Shown: positions 15,245 through 26,357, counted from the first letter of the stretch. The stretch: DNA of 26,996 nt from Stellaceae bacterium (GCA_036569735.1 DATCQF010000013.1:1-26996), one strand, 5' to 3'. A program made the numbers and translations. Notes: generated by a model not told the origin, from the letters alone.

Positions 15245-16128
15245 CCGCCGAGAGCCTCGCCGCCGCCGCTGCCCCCGAAGCCGATATCAGCGACCGGCCG
15301 TGGCGCCGGGCGTTGCGGCGGCTGCTGCGGCGGCGCGCGGGGGTGGCGGGGTTCGCGGTCGTCGCCCTCTTCGTCGCGCTGGCGTGTCTGGCGCCGCTCG
15401 TTTCGCCCTACGACCCGCTCGCCACCGATTGGCTGCAGGTGCGCAAAGCCCCCTCGGCAGCCCACTGGTTCGGCACCGACGAGATCGGCCGCGACGTCCT
15501 CGCCCGGATCATCTGGGGGAGCCGCGCCTCGCTCCTCGCCGGGCTTGTCTCGGTGTCGCTCGCGCTGGCGATCGGGGTGCCGCTCGGTCTGGTTTCGGGG
15601 TATGTCGGCGGCATCCTCGACGGCACGCTGATGCGCCTCATCGATGCGATGCTGGCAATCCCGTTCCTGATCCTGGCGATCGCGCTCGCCGCCTTCCTCG
15701 GCCCCAATCTGACCAACGCGATGATCGCGATCGGCGTCTCGCAGATGCCGATCTTTGCGCGGCTGACCCGGGGCCTGGTCCTCGGCGTCAAGCATGAGGA
15801 CTACGTCGAGGCGGCGCGCGCCCTGGGCAATCCGCACCGGCGCATCGTTTGGCGGCACATCCTGCCCAACATCGTGCCCCCGCTCCTCGTACAGGCGACT
15901 CTCGCCGCCGCCACCGCGATCATCGCCGAGGCGAGCCTCAGCTTTCTCGGGCTCGGCCAACAGCCGCCCAACCCGAGTTGGGGCAGCATGCTCAACACCG
16001 CGAAGAACTTCGTCTCGCAGGCGCCGTGGATGTCGGTGTGGCCGGGGTTGGCGATCTTCAGCCTGGTCCTGTCCTTGAACCTGTTCGGGGACGCGCTGCG
16101 CGATGCGCTCGACCCGCGCCGCGGGTGA
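15241..16128 (+). CDS. ABC transporter permease, DppC/OppC type (295 aa)
   Basis: GTGA overlap with the previous permease; HWFGTDEIGRDV, DYVEAARALG, HILPN, EASLSFLGLG, PSWGSML and GDALRDALDPR. Confidence 0.93.
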   Translation: MTAESLAAAAAPEADISDRPWRRALRRLLRRRAGVAGFAVVALFVALACLAPLVSPYDPLATDWLQVRKAPSAAHWFGTDEIGRDVLARIIWGSRASLLAGLVSVSLALAIGVPLGLVSGYVGGILDGTLMRLIDAMLAIPFLILAIALAAFLGPNLTNAMIAIGVSQMPIFARLTRGLVLGVKHEDYVEAARALGNPHRRIVWRHILPNIVPPLLVQATLAAATAIIAEASLSFLGLGQQPPNPSWGSMLNTAKNFVSQAPWMSVWPGLAIFSLVLSLNLFGDALRDALDPRRG

Positions 16129-16210
16129 ACGCAAGAGCCAGCCCGAGGATGCATCGGCGGGATAACAATGCTATATGCTGTGACATGATCCGCGCAGTCG
16201 AACCGACCCG

Positions 16211-16456
16211 ATGACCGCCGTTCCGTTCGATACCCTGAAGCTCGCGCGCCAGCTGCGCGACAAGGCCGGGTTCACGCCCGAGCACGCCAAAGCTGCGGCC
16301 GAAGCTCTTGCCGAGGCGGTCGGCGGTGCCGACCTTGCCACGAAGGCGGATTTGCGCGACCTCGAGCAACGGCTAACCATCCGCTTCGGTGGCATGCTCA
16401 TCGTAGAGGTCGGCGTCATCCTGGCAGCGCTGCGCTACTTTCCACCCCATCCCTGA
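16211..16456 (+). CDS. Small DUF1640/CCDC90-like coiled-coil membrane-anchored protein (81 aa)
   Basis: FDTLKLARQL...GFT...ATKADL..LEQRLTIRFGGML followed by a hydrophobic tail. Confidence 0.72.
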   Translation: MTAVPFDTLKLARQLRDKAGFTPEHAKAAAEALAEAVGGADLATKADLRDLEQRLTIRFGGMLIVEVGVILAALRYFPPHP

Positions 16457-16641
16457 TCCGGCAACGGTATGGCGGCACGTGTCGGTGGGCACGCAAATAG
16501 AGATCATCGCCGGGGCGCGCGTCAGGGCGGCCACGATCGCGTTCCCAGGGTGTTGACCGGGCATTGCAATGACCGCACCGTTAATCGGCGCAGGCGAGCT
16601 TCTTACGCTGCAAACCCGCTTGGCGGCAGGAAGGTGAAGAG

Positions 16642-19488
16642 ATGGCCAATCCTCTGAGGACGCTTCAGGAATACGGGCAATCGGTATGGCTCGACTTTGT
16701 CAGCCGTGACCTCTTGAAGTCGGGCGAGCTCGACCGGCTGATCGCCGAGGATGGCCTCAGGGGGGTCACCTCGAACCCGTCGATCTTCGAGAAGGCGATC
16801 GGGCACGGCGACGATTACGACGAGCTGATCGCCGCTGCCGAGGCGGCGGCCGATAAGGATCCGGGCGCCCTGTTCGAGGGTCTGGCGATCCACGATATCC
16901 AGGACGGCGCCGACGCGCTCAGCCCGGTTTATCAGCAGACCCAGGGCCGCGACGGCTACATCTCGATCGAGGTCTCGCCCTATCTGGCGATGCAGACCGA
17001 GGAGACGATCGAGGAGGCGCGCCGGCTGTGGCGCAATATTGGCCGGCACAACCTGATGGTGAAGGTCCCCGCCACCGGGCCCGGACTGCCGGCGATCCGC
17101 ACGCTGATCGGCGAGGGCATCAACGTCAACATCACCCTCCTGTTCTCGCAGAAGGTCTATGCCGAGGTCGCCGACGCCTATATCTCGGGGCTTGAGGATC
17201 TCGTCGCAAAGGGTGGCGACCCGCACAAGGTGGCGAGCGTCGCGAGCTTTTTCGTCAGCCGCATCGATACGCTCGTCGACGAGGCGCTCGACGCGCGGAT
17301 CGCCGCGACCACCGACACCGCCGCGAAAGAGCGTCTCCTGGCATTGAAGGGCAAGGTGGCGATCGCCAACGCCAAGCTCGCCTATCGGCTGTACCAGCAG
17401 GTTTTCGGCGACGAGCGCTGGCAGCGCCTCGCGCAAAGCGGCGCGCAGACGCAACGCCTGTTGTGGGCCAGCACCGGAACCAAGAACAAGGCCTATAGCG
17501 ACGTCCTCTACGTCGAGGAGCTGATCGGTCAGAACACCGTCAACACGATCCCGCCGGCGACGATGGACGCCTTTCGCGAGCACGGCAGGTTGCGCCCGAG
17601 CCTCGAGGAGGATGTCGCCGGGGCCGAGGCGGTCATGAAGGCGCTGGCCGGCGCCGGTGTTTCGATCGACGCGATCACCGCGCGGCTCGTCGAGGACGGG
17701 GTGCGCCTCTTTGCCGACGCCGCCGACCAGCTTTACGCCGCGGTGCAGAAAAAGCGCCGCACGGTGCTCGGCAAGAAGCTCAACGCGATGAGCTACAAGC
17801 TGCCAAAGGAACTGGAGGACGCGGTCGGGGCGGCGCTCGATGATTGGCGTGAGCACGGCAAGGTCCGCCGGCTTTGGGCGGGCGATGCAGCGTTATGGAC
17901 CGAGACCGACGAGGAAAAATGGCTCGGCTGGCTGACGATCGTCGACCGGCAGCTGAAGGCGGCCGGGCATCTCAAGGCGTTTGCCGCCGAGGTCAAGCAG
18001 GTCGGGTTTACCGACATCCTGCTCCTTGGCATGGGTGGATCGAGCCTTGGCCCCGAGGTGCTGGCGCACAGCTTCGCCGGCCGGCCGGGTTTCCCCCGCC
18101 TGCAGGTCGTCGACTCGACCGACCCGGCCCAGCTGCGGCGGATCGAAGGCTCGGTCGACCTGAAGCGCACGCTGTTCATCGTCTCAAGTAAATCGGGGAG
18201 CACGCTCGAACCCAACATCTTGAAGCAATATTTCTACGACCGCGCGACCGCGGCGCTGGGCGAGGCGGCGGCGGCAAAACACTTCATTGCGATCACCGAC
18301 CCCGGTTCCGCGGTCGAGAAAATCGCGCGCGCGCAAGGGTTCCGCCGCGTCTTCCACGGCGAGCCGACGATCGGCGGGCGCTATTCGGTGCTGTCGGATT
18401 TCGGCATGGTGCCGGCGGCGGCGATCGGCATCGACACATCAGCCTTTCTCGAACGGGCCGCCGAGATGGTGCGCTCCTGCACCGCGAGCGCGCCGCCGAT
18501 CGAGAACCCGGGCATCATCCTCGGCGCGATCATGGGCGCCGCGGCGCAAATGGGCCGCGACAAGCTGACCATCATCGCCTCCCCCGGAATTGCCTCGCTC
18601 GGCGCCTGGCTTGAGCAGCTCCTCGCCGAATCAACGGGGAAACTCGGCCGCGGCATCGTGCCGCTCGATGCCGAGCCATTGGGTGCGCCGGCGGTCTATG
18701 GCGCCGACCGCCTGTTCGCCTATCTGCGGCTCACCTCCGATCCGGACGGCGAGGAGGAGGCGCAAGTCGCCGCGCTCGAAGCCGCCGGACAGCCTGTGGT
18801 GCGCATCACCCTCGCCGATGCGATGCAGATCGGCCAGGAATTCTTCCGCTGGGAGATGGCGACCGCGGTCGCCGGTGCGATGCTGAGGATCAACCCGTTC
18901 GATCAGCCCGATGTCGAGGCGCAGAAGGTCAAGACGCGCGAATTGACCACGGCTTACGAGAAATCGGGCGCGCTGCCGCCGGAAACGCCGTTTTTCGCCG
19001 CCGACGGGATTGCCCTCTTTGCCGATCCCGCGAACGCGGCGGCGCTCGGACCGGTGACGAGCCTTACGGGCGCGCTCAAGGCCCATCTCGGCCGGGCCGG
19101 CGCCGGCGACTACGTGGCGCTCCTTGCCTATATCGACCGCAACCCGGCGCATACCGAGGCGTTGACCCGCATCCGCCGGATCATCCGCGACCGGCTGCGG
19201 ACCGCGACCTGCCTCGGCTTCGGGCCGCGCTTTCTGCATTCGATCGGGCAGGTCTATAAGGGTGGTCCCAACAGCGGCGTCGTCCTGCAGATCACCTGCG
19301 AAGATGCCGCCGATCTTGCGGTGCCGGGCCAGGCCTACAGCTTTGGAATAGTCAAGGCGGCGCAGGCGCGCGGCGATTTCGACGTCCTGGCCGAACGCGG
19401 CCGGCGGCTGTTGCGCGTGCATCTGCCGGCCGATCTCGATGCCGGGTTGATGGCGCTCGGCCGCGCCATAGAGCAAGCGCTGTCGTAG
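16642..19488 (+). CDS. tal-pgi: Bifunctional transaldolase / glucose-6-phosphate isomerase (948 aa)
   Basis: Tal motifs [35 protein letters not shown] and LWASTG. PGI motifs [33 protein letters not shown] and NPFDQPDVE. Confidence 0.96.
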   Translation: MANPLRTLQEYGQSVWLDFVSRDLLKSGELDRLIAEDGLRGVTSNPSIFEKAIGHGDDYDELIAAAEAAADKDPGALFEGLAIHDIQDGADALSPVYQQTQGRDGYISIEVSPYLAMQTEETIEEARRLWRNIGRHNLMVKVPATGPGLPAIRTLIGEGINVNITLLFSQKVYAEVADAYISGLEDLVAKGGDPHKVASVASFFVSRIDTLVDEALDARIAATTDTAAKERLLALKGKVAIANAKLAYRLYQQVFGDERWQRLAQSGAQTQRLLWASTGTKNKAYSDVLYVEELIGQNTVNTIPPATMDAFREHGRLRPSLEEDVAGAEAVMKALAGAGVSIDAITARLVEDGVRLFADAADQLYAAVQKKRRTVLGKKLNAMSYKLPKELEDAVGAALDDWREHGKVRRLWAGDAALWTETDEEKWLGWLTIVDRQLKAAGHLKAFAAEVKQVGFTDILLLGMGGSSLGPEVLAHSFAGRPGFPRLQVVDSTDPAQLRRIEGSVDLKRTLFIVSSKSGSTLEPNILKQYFYDRATAALGEAAAAKHFIAITDPGSAVEKIARAQGFRRVFHGEPTIGGRYSVLSDFGMVPAAAIGIDTSAFLERAAEMVRSCTASAPPIENPGIILGAIMGAAAQMGRDKLTIIASPGIASLGAWLEQLLAESTGKLGRGIVPLDAEPLGAPAVYGADRLFAYLRLTSDPDGEEEAQVAALEAAGQPVVRITLADAMQIGQEFFRWEMATAVAGAMLRINPFDQPDVEAQKVKTRELTTAYEKSGALPPETPFFAADGIALFADPANAAALGPVTSLTGALKAHLGRAGAGDYVALLAYIDRNPAHTEALTRIRRIIRDRLRTATCLGFGPRFLHSIGQVYKGGPNSGVVLQITCEDAADLAVPGQAYSFGIVKAAQARGDFDVLAERGRRLLRVHLPADLDAGLMALGRAIEQALS

Positions 19489-19525
19489 CGGGCGGCCACC
19501 GCGGCATTCCAACAGGGGAAGCACA

Positions 19526-20506
<981 letters not shown>

Positions 20507-20513
20507 GGGGACG

Positions 20514-22070
20514 ATGGACAAGCTCGATCCTGCGGTGGGCCGGACGGCGCGGCCCGCCGAGGCGCCGCCTTGCGCGATTGTGATCTTCGGGGCGAGCGGC
20601 GATTTGACGAAGCGGCTCTTGATGCCGGCACTCTATAATCTGGCCAAGGCCGGACGGCTCTCCGACAAGTTTGCGCTGATCGGCGTCGACCGCTCGGAGA
20701 AGTCGCACGAGGATTTTCGCGAAGAACTCGCCGATGGGGTGCGCCGCTTTGTGTCGGACACGGCGACCGCATCGGTTGCCGAGCCGTTCGACGCGAAAAC
20801 CTGGGATTTCCTCGCCGCGCGCATGACCCATGTCGACGGCGATGTGACCGAGCCCGAGCTTTACCGCGAGCTGGCCAAGGCACTCGAGGCGATCGAGGCC
20901 AAGCACGGCACCGGCGGCAATGTGATCTTTTATCTCGCGGTGGCGAGTTCATTGTTCGGCACCGTCGTCGATGGGCTGGCGGCGTCCGGCCTCACCACCG
21001 AAACAGACGGAAGCTGGCGCCGCGTCATCATCGAAAAGCCGTTCGGCACCGATCTCGCATCGGCGCGCGCCCTCGATGTCCGCATTCTCAAAGTGCTGTC
21101 TGAATCGCAGATCTACCGGATGGACCATTTCCTCGGCAAGGAGACGGTCCAGAACATCATGGTGCTGCGCTTTGCCAACGGCATTTTCGAGCCCCTGTGG
21201 AACCGCGACCATATCGACCATGTCCAGATCACCGTCGCCGAGACGGTCGGGGTCGAGCGTCGCGCCGCCTTTTACGAAGCGACCGGCGCGTTGCGCGACA
21301 TGGTGCCGAACCACGTGTTTCAGCTGTTGAGCCTGACCGCGATGGAGCCGCCCAATTCGTTCGCCGCCGATGCCGTGCGCACCGAAAAGGACAAGGTCCT
21401 CGAAGCCGTGGTGCCGCTCGACCTCGACGATATCGGCCGCCGCGTCGTGCGCGGCCAATATGGCGCCGGGACGGTTCGCGGCGGCCCGGTCAAGGCGTAT
21501 CGCGCGGAGGACGGCGTCGCGCCCGACAGCATGGCCGAGACCTACGTCGCGATGCAGCTGGCGATCGACAATTGGCGCTGGGCCGATGTGCCGTTCTATC
21601 TGCGGACCGGCAAATCGCTGACCCGGCGAACCACCGAGATCGCGATCCAGTTCAAACGGGTGCCGTTTGCGCTGTTCCGCGATACCCCGGTGGAAGCTCT
21701 GACCCCGAACGTCCTGGTGCTGCAGATCCAGCCCGATGAAGGGATATCGCTGCAATTCGGCGCGAAGAAGCCAGGGCCGCAGATCGAGCTCGGCGGCGTG
21801 CGCATGGATTTCCGCTATCGCGACTATTTCAACAGCGAGCCGGCCACCGGGTACGAAACCCTGGTCTACGACTGCATGATCGGCGACCCGATGCTGTTCC
21901 AGCGCGCCGACAGCGTGGAAGCCGGCTGGGCGGTCGTGCAGCCGATCCTCGATCTGTGGCACAACGACAAGAGCGTGCCGCTCGATCTCTACCCCGCCGG
22001 CTCGGCCGGCCCGGAAGCCGCCGACCAGCTGTTGTGGCGCAGCGGCCGCGCGTGGCGGCCGATCGCCTGA
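20514..22070 (+). CDS. zwf: Glucose-6-phosphate 1-dehydrogenase (518 aa)
   Basis: IFGASGDLTKR, IIEKPFG, YRMDHFLGKETVQN, GALRDMVPNH, WRWADVPFYLRTGK and QIQPDEG. ATG 20514 follows an AAGGGG RBS. Confidence 0.96.
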   Translation: MDKLDPAVGRTARPAEAPPCAIVIFGASGDLTKRLLMPALYNLAKAGRLSDKFALIGVDRSEKSHEDFREELADGVRRFVSDTATASVAEPFDAKTWDFLAARMTHVDGDVTEPELYRELAKALEAIEAKHGTGGNVIFYLAVASSLFGTVVDGLAASGLTTETDGSWRRVIIEKPFGTDLASARALDVRILKVLSESQIYRMDHFLGKETVQNIMVLRFANGIFEPLWNRDHIDHVQITVAETVGVERRAAFYEATGALRDMVPNHVFQLLSLTAMEPPNSFAADAVRTEKDKVLEAVVPLDLDDIGRRVVRGQYGAGTVRGGPVKAYRAEDGVAPDSMAETYVAMQLAIDNWRWADVPFYLRTGKSLTRRTTEIAIQFKRVPFALFRDTPVEALTPNVLVLQIQPDEGISLQFGAKKPGPQIELGGVRMDFRYRDYFNSEPATGYETLVYDCMIGDPMLFQRADSVEAGWAVVQPILDLWHNDKSVPLDLYPAGSAGPEAADQLLWRSGRAWRPIA

Positions 22071-22103
22071 GACGTGAGCAAGGGGTGCTGCATGACCAAT
22101 TGT

Positions 22104-22214
22104 GCGTCCTTCGAGACGGCGCTTCGCGCCTCCTCAGGATGACGTAAGTTTATGATGGCATTAAGAAAGAACCTCATCCTGAGGAGCGCCCGAAGGGTGC
22201 GTCTCGAAGGACGC
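22104..22214. repeat. Inverted pair of REP-like palindromes (CTCATCCTGAGGAG...GTCTCGAAGGA type) around an AT-rich linker
   Basis: GCGTCCTTCGAGAC (22104-22117) pairs with GTCTCGAAGGACGC (22201-22214); TCCTCAGGATGA (22131-22142) pairs with TCATCCTGAGGA (22174-22185). Linker TAAGTTTATGATGGCATTAAGAAAGAAC. Confidence 0.9.
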
Positions 22215-22246
22215 GTCGTGCTGATCCAGCGGACTTGGGGGTCGCG

Positions 22247-22951
22247 ATGAGTCGCTCAGTGATCGTCGCGCCGTCGATCCTCTCGGCCGACTTCGCGCGG
22301 CTCGGCGAGGAGGTGCGCGCCGCCGTCGCGGCCGGCGCCGATTGGATCCATGTCGATGTGATGGACGGCCGCTTCGTGCCGAACCTGACGATCGGCCCGG
22401 TGGTCGTCGAAGCGGTGCGCCGGGTAACCGCGAAGCCGCTCGATGTGCATCTGATGATCGTCGAGCCGGAGCGCTATATCGATGCGTTCGCGCGCGCCGG
22501 GGCCGACCATATCCTGGTGCATTGCGAGCCGAGTTCGACCGTGCATCTGCACCGCACGCTGTCCGCCATCCGCGACCTCGGCAAGGTTGCCGGCACGGTG
22601 ATGAACCCGGCGACGCCGCTGGCGCAGATCGAGGAGGTCCTCGATCTGTGCGGCATCATTCTGGTGATGACCGTCAACCCGGGCTTCGGAGGGCAGAAGT
22701 TCCTGCCGTCGGTGCTGCCCAAGATCCGCGCCTTGCGGCGTCTGTGCGACGAGCGCGGGGTCGATCCAGTGATCGAGGTCGACGGCGGCCTCAGCGGCGC
22801 CAATGCGTGGCAGGCGATCGAGGCCGGGGCCAGCGCCATCGTCGCCGGTTCGGCGGTGTTCGGCGCCGCCGACTACCGCGAGGCGATTGCCGCGATCCGT
22901 AATTCCGCGGCGCCCAAGGTGCCGCCCAAGGTGGTCGAGAGCGCGCGGTGA
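22247..22951 (+). CDS. rpe: Ribulose-phosphate 3-epimerase (234 aa)
   Basis: [46 protein letters not shown] and VAGSAVF. Confidence 0.96.
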   Translation: MSRSVIVAPSILSADFARLGEEVRAAVAAGADWIHVDVMDGRFVPNLTIGPVVVEAVRRVTAKPLDVHLMIVEPERYIDAFARAGADHILVHCEPSSTVHLHRTLSAIRDLGKVAGTVMNPATPLAQIEEVLDLCGIILVMTVNPGFGGQKFLPSVLPKIRALRRLCDERGVDPVIEVDGGLSGANAWQAIEAGASAIVAGSAVFGAADYREAIAAIRNSAAPKVPPKVVESAR

Positions 22952-23652
22952 CGTTGGACCGGGACCACCTGAAGCGCGCCGCGGCCGCCCGCGCGATCGA
23001 GTTCGTCGAGAGCGGGATGATCCTCGGTCTCGGCACCGGCTCGACCGCCGCCTTTGTCGTCGAAGAGCTGGCGGCGCGCATCGCGCGCGGGCTCTCGATC
23101 GTTGCCATTCCAACTTCCGAGCGCACCGCGGGATTGGCCCGCCAGCTCGGCATTCCGCTCACGAACTTTGCCGAGCACCACGGGATCGACCTCGCGATCG
23201 ACGGGGCCGACGAGGTGCAGCGCGGAACGCTCGATCTGATCAAGGGCCGCGGCGGCGCCTTGTTGCGCGAAAAGATCGTGGCGGCGGCGAGCGCGCGCTT
23301 TATCGTCGTCGTCGATCAGGAAAAGCTCGTCGACCGGCTGGGCGAGCACAATTCGGTTCCGGTCGAGGTCGTGCGGTTCGGCTGGCAGGCGACCGCCGCG
23401 GCGCTCGCGACGCTCGGGGCCGCCCCCGAATTGCGCCAGGCCAGTGAAGGGCCGTTTGTGACTGACGGCGGCAACTTCATTCTCGACTGCCGGTTCGGTC
23501 CGATCGATGACCCGCCGCGAACCGAGGGGCTGATCAAGATGACGGTCGGGGTCGTCGAAAACGGGCTCTTCATCGGGCGCAGCTCCGCCGTGATCGTCGC
23601 CACGGACAGCGGAGTGGACATCATGACCCGCGGCGGGGGAAAGGTGCCATGA
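22948..23652 (+). CDS. rpiA: Ribose-5-phosphate isomerase A (234 aa)
   Basis: [37 protein letters not shown] and GVVENGLF; GTGA overlap with rpe. Confidence 0.95.
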   Translation: MTLDRDHLKRAAAARAIEFVESGMILGLGTGSTAAFVVEELAARIARGLSIVAIPTSERTAGLARQLGIPLTNFAEHHGIDLAIDGADEVQRGTLDLIKGRGGALLREKIVAAASARFIVVVDQEKLVDRLGEHNSVPVEVVRFGWQATAAALATLGAAPELRQASEGPFVTDGGNFILDCRFGPIDDPPRTEGLIKMTVGVVENGLFIGRSSAVIVATDSGVDIMTRGGGKVP

Positions 23653-24455
23653 GGCGGGTCTCGCTGGTCATCACGGATGTCGACGGGACCCTGGTGACGC
23701 AGGCTAAGGTGCTGACCCCGCGCGCCATCGCGGCGGTGCAGCGGCTGCACGAGAACGGCATCGGCTTTTCGATCTGCAGCAGCCGGCCGCCCTTCGGGCT
23801 GCGCATGATGATCGAGCCGTTGCGCCTCCGGCTGCCGTTCGGCGGCTACAATGCCGGCGCCATCGTCGAACCCGATCTGAGCGTCGTCGAGCAAAAGCTG
23901 ATCCCGCCCGATGCCGCCCGCCAGGCGGTGGCGATGTTCCAGGAGCACGCGATCGACTGCTGGGTGTTTGTCGGCAACGAGTGGCTGATCGCCAACCCGG
24001 CGGGCGATCACGTCGACCATGAGACCCACACGATCCAGACCTCGCCGACCATCGTGCCGGCATTTGAGGATGCCCATTTCGCCGCGGTCGGCAAGATCGT
24101 CGGCCCGAGCAACGACCACGACCGGGTCGCGCTGGTGACCGATCTGATGCAATCGGCGCTCGCCGGCCGGGCCAGCGCCGCGCGCTCGCAACCCTATTAT
24201 TGCGATGTCATCCCGCCCGGCATCAACAAGGGGCGTATCGTCGAACTGCTGGGCGAGCGTCTCAACGTTCCGCGCGCGGAAATTCTCGTGCTCGGCGACA
24301 TGGAGAACGACATCGAGATGTTCCGCAAGGCCGGGTTTGCCGTCGCCATGGGCAATGCGACCGACGCGGTGAAGCGCGAAGCGCAGGCGATCACCTTGTC
24401 GAATGAGGAAGACGGCTTCGCGGCGGCGATCGAACGCCACGTCTTCGGCGGGTGA
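23649..24455 (+). CDS. Cof-type HAD-IIB family phosphatase (268 aa)
   Basis: HAD motif I DVDGTL, motif II SSR, INKG and GDMENDIEM...AMGNA; ATGA overlap with rpiA. Confidence 0.92.
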   Translation: MRRVSLVITDVDGTLVTQAKVLTPRAIAAVQRLHENGIGFSICSSRPPFGLRMMIEPLRLRLPFGGYNAGAIVEPDLSVVEQKLIPPDAARQAVAMFQEHAIDCWVFVGNEWLIANPAGDHVDHETHTIQTSPTIVPAFEDAHFAAVGKIVGPSNDHDRVALVTDLMQSALAGRASAARSQPYYCDVIPPGINKGRIVELLGERLNVPRAEILVLGDMENDIEMFRKAGFAVAMGNATDAVKREAQAITLSNEEDGFAAAIERHVFGG

Positions 24456-24463
24456 ACGCGGGC

Positions 24464-24498
24464 AAAAAAGAAGAGGCCACCCGTGGGTGGCCTCTTCT
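24464..24498 (-). terminator. Intrinsic terminator between convergent genes (possibly bidirectional)
   Basis: 13-bp stem AGAAGAGGCCACC / GGTGGCCTCTTCT with a CGTG loop. The A-run at 24464-24469 gives a U-tail on the minus strand. Confidence 0.85.
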
Positions 24499-24515
24499 CG
24501 TTAAGCGGCAGGTGC

Positions 24516-24860
24516 TTAATAGCCGCGGTTCGGCGGCATCGAGGAGCCGTACATGGCGGGCTCATTCTGTCCGAAGCTCGCGATGCACTGGGCGTGGAGC
24601 TGCGGATCGCCGATCGGCCCGCATTCCTTGCGCATGCGCGTCGCCCGGAACGCCCCGTTGGCCTGCAGCAGCCGCTCGTACTGGGCGCTTTCCATCACAT
24701 TGCGCCGCGCCGACCAGTCGCCGTAATCGCCTCGGCTCGCCTGCGGGCCGTTCGTCACGAGTTCGGCGTTGTAATTTTGCGCCTGCGCCGACGGCGTCGC
24801 GCCCAATGCCAAAGCGCATCCGACGGCAAAGGCTAGGCTAGTGACTGTCTTGTTCATCAT
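24516..24860 (-). CDS. Hypothetical small secreted protein (114 aa)
   Basis: AGGGAG RBS; signal peptide MMNKTVTSLAFAVGCALALGATPSAQA; Cys pair in ECGPIGDPQLHAQC; has its own terminator. Confidence 0.8.
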   Translation of the reverse strand: MMNKTVTSLAFAVGCALALGATPSAQAQNYNAELVTNGPQASRGDYGDWSARRNVMESAQYERLLQANGAFRATRMRKECGPIGDPQLHAQCIASFGQNEPAMYGSSMPPNRGY

Positions 24861-24895
24861 GACCGGGACTCCCTTTCCAGGATGGTCACCGGTAG

Positions 24896-24921
24896 AACAA
24901 GCAGCTTATCCATGTAGTTCC
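24896..24921 (-). promoter_or_regulatory. Candidate sigma-EcfG (general stress response) promoter GGAAC-N17-TGTT
   Basis: On the minus strand, GGAAC at 24921-24917, a 17-nt spacer, then TGTT at 24899-24896, 35 nt upstream of the ATG. Confidence 0.55.
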
Positions 24922-25059
24922 CGCGGGGTACGCCAGGGATTGCTCGCCCGAACGAAATCCAATTTTAGGTAGCTATACGGATTGCGCTCACAACTTACCG
25001 ATCTGGCGCATATTTTCTTCTGGAAAAGGGGAACCCACTTTTTCGAAGGATATTCAGTC

Positions 25060-25950
25060 CTATGGCGCAACACAATCGGGCAGACCCCGGCGCCGGGATG
25101 CCGCCAAGAGCGTGTTGCGCAACAGGCAGGCGATCGTCATCGGCCCGACCCCGCCCGGCACCGGGGTGATCGCCCCGGCGACGTGGCGCGCGGCGTCGAA
25201 ATCCACATCGCCGACGAGGCGCACCCCGCCACCCGCCACGGCGATCCGATTGATCCCGACATCGATCACCGTGGCGCCCGGCTTTATCCAATCGGCCGTG
25301 ACCATCGCCGGTTCCCCGAGGGCCGCCACCAGGATGTCGGCGCGCCGGCAGATTGCCGCGGCGTCGCGGGTTTTCGAATGCACCACGGTGACCGTGCAGT
25401 CGGCGGCCAGGAGCAGCGCCGCGACCGGCCGGCCGACGATCGGCGAGCGGCCGAGCACCACCGCCTCGGCTCCCCTCAGATCGGTGTGCACGCTTTTGAG
25501 CAGCAGCAGGCAACCTTGCGGCGTGCACGGTACCAGGCCGGGCTCGCCGCTCCACAGATGCCCGACATTGATCGGGTGAAACCCGTCGACGTCTTTTACG
25601 GGGTCGAGCGCCGCCATCACCTGCCCGATGGCGATGCCGCGCGGCAGCGGCTGCTGAACCAGGATGCCGTCGACCCGGTCGTCGCCGTTGAGCCTGGTGA
25701 CGAGCTCGAGGATCGCGGCGATACCGGTATCGGCCGGCAGGCGGTATTCGAAAGAGGCGATCCCAACCTCGGCGCAGGCGCGCGCCTTGTTGCGGACGTA
25801 GATCTGGCTCGCCGGGTCGTCGCCGACCAGGATCGCGGCAAGACCGGCGGTGACCCGATGGGTTGCGCGCAACATCCGGGCCGCTTCGGCCACCCGCGCG
25901 CGCAGAGCGGCGGCGATCGCCTTGCCGTCGATGATTGCCGCCTCGGTCAC
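25060..25950 (-). CDS. folD: Bifunctional methylenetetrahydrofolate dehydrogenase/cyclohydrolase FolD
   Basis: [59 protein letters not shown] and [14 protein letters not shown] 25950 preferred; alternative ATG 25965. Confidence 0.95.
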   Translation of the reverse strand: MTEAAIIDGKAIAAALRARVAEAARMLRATHRVTAGLAAILVGDDPASQIYVRNKARACAEVGIASFEYRLPADTGIAAILELVTRLNGDDRVDGILVQQPLPRGIAIGQVMAALDPVKDVDGFHPINVGHLWSGEPGLVPCTPQGCLLLLKSVHTDLRGAEAVVLGRSPIVGRPVAALLLAADCTVTVVHSKTRDAAAICRRADILVAALGEPAMVTADWIKPGATVIDVGINRIAVAGGGVRLVGDVDFDAARHVAGAITPVPGGVGPMTIACLLRNTLLAASRRRGLPDCVAP

Positions 25951-25979
25951 CGCCTGCCGTCCCATCGGTAAATCAGCAT

Positions 25980-26357
25980 CTATTGCGCGGCCTGATGGAG
26001 ATAGGCGAGCAGGTTGGCGATCTGCGCGTCGTCCTTGATGCCGGGAAACGCCATGTTGCCGCCCGGGACGAGTTCGCGCGGGCTATGCAGGTATTTCGCC
26101 AGCGTCTCGTCGTCCCACACGATCCCCGAGTTCTTCATGGCCTGCGAGTACGTGAATTTGTCGGCGGTCCCCGCCTTGCGGCCAAATACGCCGTGGAGGT
26201 TGGGGCCGGCCGCTTTGCGGCCGCCCGATGCGACGGTGTGGCAGATCTTGCATTTGTTGAACTCGGCCTGGCCGGCGGCGATGTCGGCCGCGGCGGCGGG
26301 CCCGGGCGCCAGCAACAGGAGGGCCGGGAGAACCGAGATCACCGCTGGTCGGGGCAT
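25980..26357 (-). CDS. Class I c-type cytochrome (cytochrome c2/c550-like) with signal peptide (125 aa)
   Basis: Heme motif [28 protein letters not shown] and the distal Met in GNMAFPG. AAGGGA RBS before ATG 26357. Confidence 0.93.
   Translation of the reverse strand: MPRPAVISVLPALLLLAPGPAAAADIAAGQAEFNKCKICHTVASGGRKAAGPNLHGVFGRKAGTADKFTYSQAMKNSGIVWDDETLAKYLHSPRELVPGGNMAFPGIKDDAQIANLLAYLHQAAQ

Noticed and set aside
16553-16585. tal-pgi promoter or operator: TTGACC (16553-16558) and the perfect palindrome CATTGCAATG (16562-16571)
   Set aside because: There is no -10 at a 16-18 nt spacing, and a single 10-bp palindrome cannot be assigned to a regulator from sequence alone.
25024-25042. Possible folD terminator or sRNA hairpin AAAAGGGGAACCCACTTTT
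   Set aside because: The stem is short, bulged and AT-rich, too weak to call, and there is no sRNA family signature in the 24861-25059 spacer.
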